From NCBI GenBank assembly GCA_964016885.1, contig OZ024744.1:682001-746000 (forward strand): a DNA stretch of 64,000 nucleotides, read 5' to 3'. The DNA is from Eledone cirrhosa (Eukaryota). Both the position numbers and the translations under genes were made by a program. A model generated the notes under the pieces. The model was not told the origin of the DNA. It was given only the letters and a program-made list of their open reading frames with translations, and did not search any database. This document shows, piece by piece, positions 1-10,700 of this stretch; positions within the stretch are counted from its first letter, which is position 1; each line of letters begins with the position of its first letter.

Positions 1-3000
1 ACGAAGTTTTGAGGGAAGACAAGGTAGAGAAAGATAGCTTGGTGAAGAACGACGTTTTGAGGGAAGACAAGGTAGAGAAAGATAGCTTGGTGAAGAACGA
101 AGTTTTGGGGGAAGACAAGGTAGAGAAAGATAGCTTGATGAAGTACGAAGTTTTGGGGGAAGACAAGGTAGAGAAAGATAGCTTGGTGAAGAACGACGTT
201 TTGTGGGAAGACAAGGTAGAGAAACATAGTTGGTGAAGAACGAAGTTTTGAGGGAAGACAAGGTAGAGAAAGATAGCTTGATGAAGTACGAAGTTTTGGG
301 GGAAGACAAGGTAGAGAAAGATAGCTTGGTGAAGAACGAAGTTTTGAGGGAAGACAAGGTAGAGAAAGATAGCTTGATGAAGAACGAAGTTTTGAGGGAA
401 GACAAGGTAGAGAAAGATAGCTTGGTGAAGAACAAAGTTTTGAGGGGAGACAAAGTATAGAAAGATAGCTTGGTGAAGAACGAAGTTTTGGGGGAAGACA
501 ATGTAGAGAAAGATAGCTTGATGAAGAACGAAGTTTTGGGGAAGACAAGGTAGAGAAAGATAGCTTGGTGAAGAACGAAGTTTTGGGGGAAGACAAGGTA
601 GAGAAAGATAGCTTGGTGAAGAACGAAGTTTTGAGGGAAGACAAGGTAGAGAAAGATAGCCTGGTGAAGAACGAAGTTTTGGGGGAAGACAAGGTAGAGA
701 AGGATAGCTTGGTGAAGAACGAAGTTTTGAGGGAAGACAAGGTAGAGAAAGATAGTTGGTAAAGAACGAAGTTTTGAAGGAAGACAAGGTAGAGAAAGAT
801 AGCTTGGTGAAGAACGACGTTTTGAGGGAAGACAAGGTATAGAAAGATAGGTTGGTGAAGAACGACGTTTTCGGGGAAGAAAAGGTAGAGAAAGATAGCT
901 TGGTGAAGAACAAAGTTTTGGGGGAAGACAAGGTAGAGAAAGATAGCTTGGTGAAGAACGAAGTATTGAGGGAAGACTCGGTAGAGAAAGATAGCTTGGT
1001 GAAGAACGAAGTTTTGAGGGAAGACAAGGTAGAGAAAGATAGCTTGGTGAAGAACGAGGTTTTGAGGGAAGACAATGTAGAGAAAGATAGCTTGGTGAAG
1101 AACGAAGTTTTGGGGGAAGACAAGGTAGAGAAAGATAGCTTGGTGAAGAACGAAGTTTTGGGGGATGACAAAGTAGAGAAAGATAGCTTGGTGAAGAACG
1201 AAGTTTTGGGGGAAGACAAGGTAGAGAAAGATAGCTTGATGAAGAACGAAGTTTTGGGGGAAGACAAGGAAGAGAAAGATAGCTTGGTGAAGAACGAAGT
1301 TTTGAGGGAAGACAAGGTAGAGAAAGATAGCTTGGTGAAGAACGAAGTTTTGGGGGAAGACAAGGTAGAGAAAGATAGCTTGGTGAAGAACGAAGTTTTG
1401 CGGGAAGACAAGGTAGAGAAATATAGCTCGGTGAAGAACGAAGTTTTGAGGGAAGACAAGGTAGAGAAAGATAGCTTGGTGAAGAACGAAGTTTTGCGGG
1501 AAGACAAGGTAGAGAAATATAGCTCGGTGAAGAACGAAGTTTTGAGGGAAGACAAGGTAGAGAAAGATAGCTTGGTGAAGAACGAAGTTTTGAGGAAGAC
1601 AAGGTAGAGAAAGATAGCTTGGTGAAGAACGAAGTTATGAGGGAAGACAAGGTAGAGAAAGATAGTTGGTGAAGAACGAAGTTTTGAGGGAAGACAAGGT
1701 AGAGAAAGATAGCTTGGTGAAGAACGACGTTTTGAGGGAAGACAAGGTAGAGAAAGAAAGCTTGGTGAAGAACGAAGTTTTGGGGGAAGACAAGGTAGAG
1801 AAAGATAGCTTGATGAAGTACGAAGTTTTGGGGGAAGACAAGGTAGAGAAAGATAGCTTGGTGAAGAACGACGTTTTGTGGGAAGACAAGGTAGAGAAAC
1901 ATAGTTGGTGAAGAACGAAGTTTTGAGGGAAGACAAGGTAGAGAAAGATAGCTTGATGAAGAACGAAGATTTGAGGGAAGACAAGGTAGAGAAAGATAGC
2001 TTGGTGAAGAACGAAGTTTTGAGGGAAGACAAGGTAGAGAAAGATAGCTTGATGAGGAACGAAGTTTTGAGGGAAGACAAGGTAGAGAAAGATAGCTTGA
2101 TGAAGTACGAAGTTTTGGGGGAAGACAAGGTAGAGAAAGATAGCTTGGTGAAGAACGAAGTTTTGAGGGAAGACAAGGTAGAGAAAGATAGCTTGATGAA
2201 GAACGAAGTTTTGAGGGAAGACAAGGTAGAGAAAGATAGCTTGGTGAAGAACGAAGTTTTGAGGGAAGACAAAGTATAGAAAGATAGCTTGGTGAAGAAC
2301 GAAGTTTTGGGGGAAGACAATGTAGAGAAAGATAGCTTGATGAAGAACGAAGTTTTGGGGGAAGACAAGGTAGAGAAAGATAGCTTGGTGAAGAACGAAG
2401 TTTTGAGGGAAGACAAGGTAGAGAAAGATAGCTTGGTGAAGAACGAAGTTTTGAGGGGAGACAAAGTATAGAAAGATAGCTTGGTGAAGAACGAAGTTTT
2501 GGGGGAAGACAATGTAGAGAAATATAGCTTGGTGAAGAACGAAGTTTTGGGGAAGACAAGGTAGAGAAAGATAGCTTGGTGAAGAACGAAGTTTTGAGGG
2601 AAGACAAGGTAGAGAAAGATAGCTTGGTGAAGAACGAAGTTTTGGGGGAAGACAAGGTAGAGAAAGATAGCTTGGTGAAGAACGAAGTTTTGAGGGAAGA
2701 CAAGGTAGAGAAAGATAGCTTGGTGAAGAACGAAGTTTTGGGGGAAGACAAGGTAGAGAAAGATAGCTTGGTGAAGAACGAAGTTTTGAGGGAAGACAAG
2801 GTAGAGAAAGATAGTTGGTAAAGAACGAGGTTTTGAGGGAAGACAAGGTAGAGAAAGATAGCTTGGTGAAGAACGACGTTTTGAGGGAAGACAAGGTATA
2901 GAAAGATAGCTTGGTGAAGAACGACGTTTTCGGGGAAGAAAAGGTAGAGAAAGATAGCTTGGTGAAGAACAAAGTTTTGGGGGAAGACAAGGTAGAGAAA

Positions 3001-6000
3001 GATAGCTTGGTGAAGAACGAAGTATTGAGGGAAGACTCGGTAGAGAAAGATAGCTTGGTGAAGAACGAAGTTTTGAGGGAAGACAAGGTAGAGAAAGATA
3101 GCTTGGTGAAGAACGAGGTTTTGAGGGAAGACAATGTAGAGAAAGATAGCTTGGTGAAGAACGAAGTTTTGGGGGAAGACAAGGTAGAGAAAGATAGCTT
3201 GGTGAAGAACGAAGTTTTGGGGGATGACAAAGTAGAGAAAGATAGCTTGGTGAAGAACGAAGTTTTGGGGGAAGACAAGGTAGAGAAAGATAGCTTGATG
3301 AAGAACGAAGTTTTGGGGGAAGACAAGGAAGAGAAAGATAGCTTGGTGAAGAACGAAGTTTTGAGGGAAGACAAGGTAGAGAAAGATAGCTTGGTGAAGA
3401 ACGAAGTTTTGGGGGAAGACAAGGTAGAGAAAGATAGCTTGGTGAAGAACGAAGTTTTGCGGGAAGACAAGGTAGAGAAATATAGCTCGGTGAAGAACGA
3501 AGTTTTGAGGGAAGACAAGGTAGAGAAAGATAGCTTGGTGAAGAACGAGGTTTTGGGGGAAGACAAGGTAGAGAAAGATAGCTTGGTGAAGAACGAAGTT
3601 TTGAGGAAGACAAGGTAGAGAAAGATAGCTTGGTGAAGAACGAAGTTATGAGGGAAGACAAGGTAGAGAAAGATAGTTGGTGAAGAACGAAGTTTTGAGG
3701 GAAGACAAGGTAGAGAAAGATAGCTTGGTGAAGAACGACGTTTTGAGGGAAGACAAGGTAGAGAAAGATAGCTTGGTGAAGAACGAAGTTTTGGGGGAAG
3801 ACAAGGTAGAGAAAGATAGCTTGATGAAGTACGAAGTTTTGGGGGAAGACAAGGTAGAGAAAGATAGCTTGGTGAAGAACGACGTTTTGTGGGAAGACAA
3901 GGTAGAGAAACATAGTTGGTGAAGAACGAAGTTTTGAGGGAAGACAAGGTAGAGAAAGATAGCTTGATGAAGAACGAAGTTTTGAGGGAAGACAAGGTAG
4001 AGAAAGATAGCTTGGTGAAGAACGAAGTTTTGAGGGAAGACAAGGTAGAGACAGATAGCTTGATGAAGAACGAAGTTTTGAGGGAAGACAAGGTAGAGAA
4101 AGATAGCTTGATGAAGTACGAAGTTTTGGGGGAAGACAAGGTAGAGAAAGATAGCTTGGTGAAGAACGAAGTTTTGAGGGAAGACAAGGTAGAGAAAGAT
4201 AGCTTGATGAAGAACGAAGTTTTGAGGGAAGACAAGGTAGAGAAAGATAGCTTGGTGAAGAACGAAGTTTGAGGGAAGACAAAGTATAGAAAGATAGATT
4301 GGTGAAGAACGAAGTTTTGGGGAAGACAATGTAGAGAAAGATAGCTTGATGAAGAACGAAGTTTTGGGGGAAGACAAGGTAGAGAAAGATAGCTTGGTGA
4401 AGAACGAAGTTTTGAGGGAAGACAAGGTAGAGAAAGATAGCTTGGTGAAGAACGAAGTTTTGAGGGGAGACAAAGTATAGAAAGATAGCTTGGTGAAGAA
4501 CGAAGTTTTGGGGGAAGACAATGTAGAGAAAGATAGCTTGATGAAGAACGAAGTTTTGGGGAAGACAAGGTAGAGAAAGATAGCTTGGTGAAGAACGAAG
4601 TTTTGAGGGAAGACAAGGTAGAGAAAGATAGCTTGGTGAAGAACGAAGTTTTCGGGGAAGACAAGGTAGAGAAAGATAGCTTGGTGAAGAACGAAGTTTT
4701 GGGGAAGACAAGGTAGAGAAAGATAGCTTGGTGAAGAACGAAGTTATGAGGGAAGACAGGGTAGAGAAAGATAGTTGGTGAAGAACGAAGTTTTGAGGGA
4801 AGACAAGGTAGAGAAAGATAGCTTCGTGAAGAACGACGTTTTGAGGGAAGACAAGGTAGAGAAAGATAGCTTGGTGAAGAACGAAGTTTTGGGGGAAGAC
4901 AATCTAGAGAAAGATAGGTTGGTGAAGAACGAAGTTTTGAGGGAAGACAAGGTAGAGAAAGATAGCTTGGTGAAGAACGAAGTTTTGGGGGAAGACAAGG
5001 TAGAGAAAGATAGCTTGGTGAAGAACGAAGTTTTGAGGGAAGACAAGGTAGAGAAAGATAGTTGGTGAAGAACGAAGTTTTGAGGGAAGACAAGGTAGAG
5101 AAAGATAGCTTGGTGAAGAACGACGTTTTGAGGGAAGACAAGGTAGAGAAAGATAGCTTGGTGAAGAACGAAGTTTTGGGGGAAGACAAGGTAGAGAAAG
5201 ATAGCTTGATGAAGTACGAAGTTTTGGGGGAAGACAAGGTAGAGAAAGATAGCTTGGTGAAGAACGACGTTTTGTGGGAAGACAAGGTAGAGAAACATAG
5301 TTGGTGAAGAACGAAGTTTTGAGGGAAGACAAGGTAGAGAAAGATAGCTTGATGAAGTACGAAGTTTTGGGGGAAGACAAGGTAGAGAAAGATAGCTTGG
5401 TGAAGAACGAAGTTTTGAGGGAAGACAAGGTAGAGAAAGATAGCTTGATGAAGAACGAAGTTTTGAGGGAAGACAAGGTAGAGAAAGATAGCTTGGTGAA
5501 GAACAAAGTTTTGAGGGGAGACAAAGTATAGAAAGATAGCTTGGTGAAGAACGAAGTTTTGGGGGAAGACAATGTAGAGAAAGATAGCTTGATGAAGAAC
5601 GAAGTTTTGGGGAAGACAAGGTAGAGAAAGATAGCTTGGTGAAGAACGAAGTTTTGGGGGAAGACAAGGTAGAGAAAGATAGCTTGGTGAAGAACGAAGT
5701 TTTGAGGGAAGACAAGGTAGAGAAAGATAGCTTGGTGAAGAACGAAGTTTTGGGGGAAGACAAGGTAGAGAAGGATAGCTTGGTGAAGAACGAAGTTTTG
5801 AGGGAAGACAAGGTAGAGAAAGATAGTTGGTAAAGAACGAAGTTTTGAAGGAAGACAAGGTAGAGAAAGATAGCTTGGTGAAGAACGACGTTTTGAGGGA
5901 AGACAAGGTATAGAAAGATAGGTTGGTGAAGAACGACGTTTTCGGGGAAGAAAAGGTAGAGAAAGATAGCTTGGTGAAGAACAAAGTTTTGGGGGAAGAC

Positions 6001-7230
6001 AAGGTAGAGAAAGATAGCTTGGTGAAGAACGAAGTATTGAGGGAAGACTCGGTAGAGAAAGATAGCTTGGTGAAGAACGAAGTTTTGAGGGAAGACAAGG
6101 TAGAGAAAGATAGCTTGGTGAAGAACGAGGTTTTGAGGGAAGACAATGTAGAGAAAGATAGCTTGGTGAAGAACGAAGTTTTGGGGGAAGACAAGGTAGA
6201 GAAAGATAGCTTGGTGAAGAACGAAGTTTTGGGGGATGACAAAGTAGAGAAAGATAGCTTGGTGAAGAACGAAGTTTTGGGGGAAGACAAGGTAGAGAAA
6301 GATAGCTTGATGAAGAACGAAGTTTTGGGGGAAGACAAGGAAGAGAAAGATAGCTTGGTGAAGAACGAAGTTTTGAGGGAAGACAAGGTAGAGAAAGATA
6401 GCTTGGTGAAGAACGAAGTTTTGGGGGAAGACAAGGTAGAGAAAGATAGCTTGGTGAAGAACGAAGTTTTGCGGGAAGACAAGGTAGAGAAATATAGCTC
6501 GGTGAAGAACGAAGTTTTGAGGGAAGACAAGGTAGAGAAAGATAGCTTGGTGAAGAACGAAGTTTTGAGGAAGACAAGGTAGAGAAAGATAGCTTGGTGA
6601 AGAACGAAGTTATGAGGGAAGACAAGGTAGAGAAAGATAGTTGGTGAAGAACGAAGTTTTGAGGGAAGACAAGGTAGAGAAAGATAGCTTGGTGAAGAAC
6701 GACGTTTTGAGGGAAGACAAGGTAGAGAAAGATAGCTTGGTGAAGAACGAAGTTTTGGGGGAAGACAAGGTAGAGAAAGATAGCTTGATGAAGTACGAAG
6801 TTTTGGGGGAAGACAAGGTAGAGAAAGATAGCTTGGTGAAGAACGACGTTTTGTGGGAAGACAAGGTAGAGAAACATAGTTGGTGAAGAACGAAGTTTTG
6901 AGGGAAGACAAGGTAGAGAAAGATAGCTTGATGAAGAACGAAGATTTGAGGGAAGACAAGGTAGAGAAAGATAGCTTGGTGAAGAACGAAGTTTTGAGGG
7001 AAGACAAGGTAGAGAAAGATAGCTTGATGAGGAACGAAGTTTTGAGGGAAGACAAGGTAGAGAAAGATAGCTTGATGAAGTACGAAGTTTTGGGGGAAGA
7101 CAAGGTAGAGAAAGATAGCTTGGTGAAGAACGAAGTTTTGAGGGAAGACAAGGTAGAGAAAGATAGCTTGATGAAGAACGGAGTTTTGAGGGAAGACAAG
7201 GTAGAGAAAGATAGCTTGGTGAAGAACGAA
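1..7230. repeat. Block duplication: about 1-2250 is repeated at about 5072-7230 (offset 5071, then 4975)
   Basis: ORF landmarks 230/5301, 565/5636 and 852/5923 (offset 5071), then 1666/6641 and 1905/6880 (offset 4975, two monomers fewer). Shared rare variants: AACAAAGTTTTGAGGGGAG (~431/5502), GAAGGATAGC (~700/5770), GAAGATTTG (~1965/6940), GATGAGGAAC (~2051/7026). Confidence 0.9.
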
Positions 7231-7739
7231 GTTTTGGGGAAGACAATGTAGAGAAAGATAGCTTGATGAAGAACGAAGTTTTGGGGGAAGACAAGGTAGA
7301 GAAAGATAGCTTGGTGAAGAACGAAGTTTTGAGGGAAGACAAGGTAGAGAAAGATAGCTTGGTGAAGAACGAAGTTTTGAGGGGAGACAAAGTATAGAAA
7401 GATAGCTTGGTGAAGAACGAAGTTTTGGGGGAAGACAATGTAGAGAAAGATAGCTTGATGAAGAACGAAGTTTTGGGGAAGACAAGGTAGAGAAAGATAG
7501 CTTGGTGAAGAACGAAGTTTTGAGGGAAGACAAGGTAGAGAAAGATAGCTTGGTGAAGAACGAAGTTTTCGGGGAAGACAAGGTAGAGAAAGATAGCTTG
7601 GTGAAGAACGAAGTTTTGAGGGAAGACAAGGTAGAGAAAGATAGCTTGGTGAAGAACGAAGTTTTGGGGGAAGACAAGGTAGAGAAAGATAGCTTGGTGA
7701 AGAACGAAGTTTTGAGGGAAGACAAGGTAGAGAAAGATA

Positions 7740-10700
7740 GTTGGTAAAGAACGAAGTTTTGAGGGAAGACAAGGTAGAGAAAGATAGCTTGGTGAAGAAC
7801 GACGTTTTGAGGGAAGACAAGGTATAGAAAGATAGCTTGGTGAAGAACGACGTTTTCGGGGAAGAAAAGGTAGAGAAAGATAGCTTGGTGAAGAACAAAG
7901 TTTTGGGGGAAGACAAGGTAGAGAAAGATAGCTTGGTGAAGAACGAAGTATTGAGGGAAGACTCGGTAGAGAAAGATAGCTTGGTGAAGAACGAGGTTTT
8001 GAGGGAAGACAATGTAGAGAAAGATAGCTTGGTGAAGAACGAAGTTTTGGGGGAAGGCAAGGTAGAGAAAGATAGCTTGGTGAAGAACGAAGTTTTGGGG
8101 GATGACAAAGTAGAGAAAGATAGCTTGGTGAAGAACGAAGTTTTGGGGGAAGACAAGGTAGAGAAAGATAGCTTGATGAAGAACGAAGTTTTGGGGGAAG
8201 ACAAGGAAGAGAAAGATAGCTTGGTGAAGAACGAAGTTTTGAGGGAAGACAAGGTAGAGAAAGATAGCTTGGTGAAGAACGAAGTTTTGGGGGAAGACAA
8301 GGTAGAGAAAGATAGCTTGGTGAAGAACGAAGTTTTGCGGGAAGACAAGGTAGAGAAATATAGCTCGGTGAAGAACGAAGTTTTGAGGGAAGACAAGGTA
8401 GAGAAAGATAGATTGGTGAAGAAGGAAGTTTTGGGGGAAGACAAGGTAGAGAAAGATAGCTTGGTGAAGAACGAAGTTTTGAGGAAGACAAGGTAGAGAA
8501 AGATAGCTTGGTGAAGAACGAAGTTTTGGGGGAAGACAAGGTAGAGAAAGATAGCTTGGTGAAGAACGAAGTTTTGAGGGAAGACAAGGTAGAGAAAGAT
8601 AGCTTGGTGAAGAACGACGTTTTGAGGGAAGACAAGGTAGAGAAAGATAGCTTGGTGAAGAACGAAGTTTTGGGGGAAGACAAGGTAGAGAAAGATAGCT
8701 TGATGAAGTACGAAGTTTTGGGGGAAGACAAGGTAGAGAAAGATAGCTTGGTGAAGAACGACGTTTTGTGGGAAGACAAGGTAGAGAAACATAGTTGGTG
8801 AAGAACGAAGTGTTGAGGGAAGACAAGGTAGAGAAAGATAGCTTGATGAAGAACGAGGTTTTGAGGGAAGACAAGGTAGAGAAAGATAGCTTGGTGAAGA
8901 ACGACGTTTTGAGGTAAGACAAGGTAGAGAAAGATAGCTTGATGAAGAACGAAGTTTTGAGGGAAGACAAGGTAGAGAAAGATAGCTTGATGAAGTACGA
9001 AGTTTTGGGGGAAGACAAGGTAGAGAAAGATAGCTTGGTGAAGAACGAAGTTTTGAGGGAAGACAAGGTAGAGAAAGATAGCTTGATGAAGAACGAAGTT
9101 TTGAGGGAAGACAAGGTAGAGAAAGATAGCTTGGTGAAGAACGAAGTTTTGAGGGAAGACAAAGTATAGAAAGATAGCTTGGTGAAGAACGAAGTTTTGG
9201 GGGAAGACAATGTAGAGAAAGATAGCTTGATGAAGAACGAAGTTCTGGGGGAAGACAAGGTAGAGAAAGATAGCTTGGTGAAGAACGAAGTTTTGAGGGA
9301 AGACAAGGTAGAGAAAGATAGCTTGGTGAAGAACGAAGTTTTGGGGGAAGACAAGGTAGAGAAAGATAGCTTGGTGAAGAACGAAGTTTTGAGGGAAGAC
9401 AAGGTAGAGAAAGATAGCTTGGTGAAGAACGAAGTTTTGGGGGAAGACAAGGTAGAGAAAGATAGCTTGGTCAAGAACTAAGTTTTGAGGGAAGACAAGT
9501 TAGAGAAAGATAGTTGGTGAAGAACGAAATTTTGAGGGAAGACAAGGTAGAGAAAAATAGCTTGGTGAAGAACGACGTTTTGAGGGAAGACAAGGTAGAG
9601 AAAGATAGCTTGGTGAAGAACGAAGTTTTGGGGGAAGACAAGGTAGAGAAAGATAGCTTGATGAAGTACGAAGTTTTGGGGGAAGACAAGGTAGAGAAAG
9701 ATAGCTTGGTGAAGAACGACGTTTTGTGGGAAGACAAGGTAGAGAAACATAGTTGGTGAAGAACGAAGTTTTGAGGGAAGACAAGGTAGAGAAAGATAGC
9801 TTGATGAAGAACGACGTTTTGAGGGAAGACAAGGTAGAGAAAGATAGCTTGGTGAAGAACGAAGTTTTGAGGGAAGACAAGGTAGAGAAAGATAGCTTCA
9901 TGAAGAACGAAGTTTTGAGGGAAGACAAGGTAGAGAAAGGTAGCTTGGTGAAGAACGAAGTTTTGAGGGTAGACAAAGTATAGAAAGATAGCTTGGTGAA
10001 GAACGAAGTTTTGGGGGAAGACAATGTAGAGAAAGATAGCTTGATGAAGAACGAAGTTTTGGGGGAAGACAAGGAAGAGAAAGATAGCTTGGTGAAGAAC
10101 GAAGTTTTGAGGGAAGACAAGGTAGAGAAAGATAGCTTGGTGAAGAACGAAGTTTTGGGGGAAGACAAGGTAGAGAAAGATAGCTTGGTGAAGAACGAAG
10201 TTTTGCGGGAAGACAAGGTAGAGAAATATAGCTCGGTGAAGAACGAAGTTTTGAGGGAAGACAAGGTAGAGAAAGATAGCTTGGTGAAGAACGACGTTTT
10301 GGGGGAAGACAAGGTAGAGAAAGATAGCTTGGTGAAGAACGAAGTTTTGAGGAAGACAAGGTAGAGAAAGATAGCTTGGTGAAGAACGAAGTTTTGGGGG
10401 AAGACAAGGTAGAGAAAGATAGCTTGGTGAAGAACGAAGTTTTGAGGGAAGACAAGGTAGAGAAAGATAGCTTGGTGAAGAACGACGTTTTGAGGGAACA
10501 CAAGGTAGAGAAAGATAGCTTGGTGAAGAACGAAGTTTTGGGGGAAGACAAGGTAGAGAAAGATAGCTTGATGAAGTACGAAGTTTTGGGGGAAGACAAG
10601 GTAGAGAAAGATAGCTTGGTGAAGAACGACGTTTTGTGGGAAGACAAGGTAGAGAAACATAGTTGGTGAAGAACGAAGTTTTGAGGGAAGACAAGGTAGA

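Noticed and set aside
1-192. Nucleosome phasing because 3x48=144 and 4x48=192
   Set aside because: This is numerical coincidence only. No 3- or 4-monomer periodicity dominates and I saw no 10-bp phased A-tracts.
224-236. Recurrent missing C or G as programmed frameshifting or insertional RNA-editing sites
   Set aside because: There is no slippery heptamer or structure distinguishing these sites from intact monomers. Simple inheritance through block duplication explains the recurrence.
100-320. G-quadruplex array
   Set aside because: There is only one G3-G5 run per 48 bp, and loops of about 43 nt are too long for canonical G4.
450-465. In-frame TAG/TAA at Glu positions (GAG>TAG, GAA>TAA) as a sign of a reassigned genetic code (TAR = Glu or Gln)
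   Set aside because: TAA and TAG are the only stops reachable by one substitution from the consensus codons, so the pattern is uninformative. The frequent frameshifts would break the frame under any code.
852-1607. Plus-strand ORFs of 60-251 aa (MVKNEVLREDKVEKDS...) as genes
   Set aside because: They are arbitrary in-frame runs of monomers between recurrent deletions and stops. Starts are TTG/GTG/ATG inside the repeat, with no unique domain, promoter or terminator.
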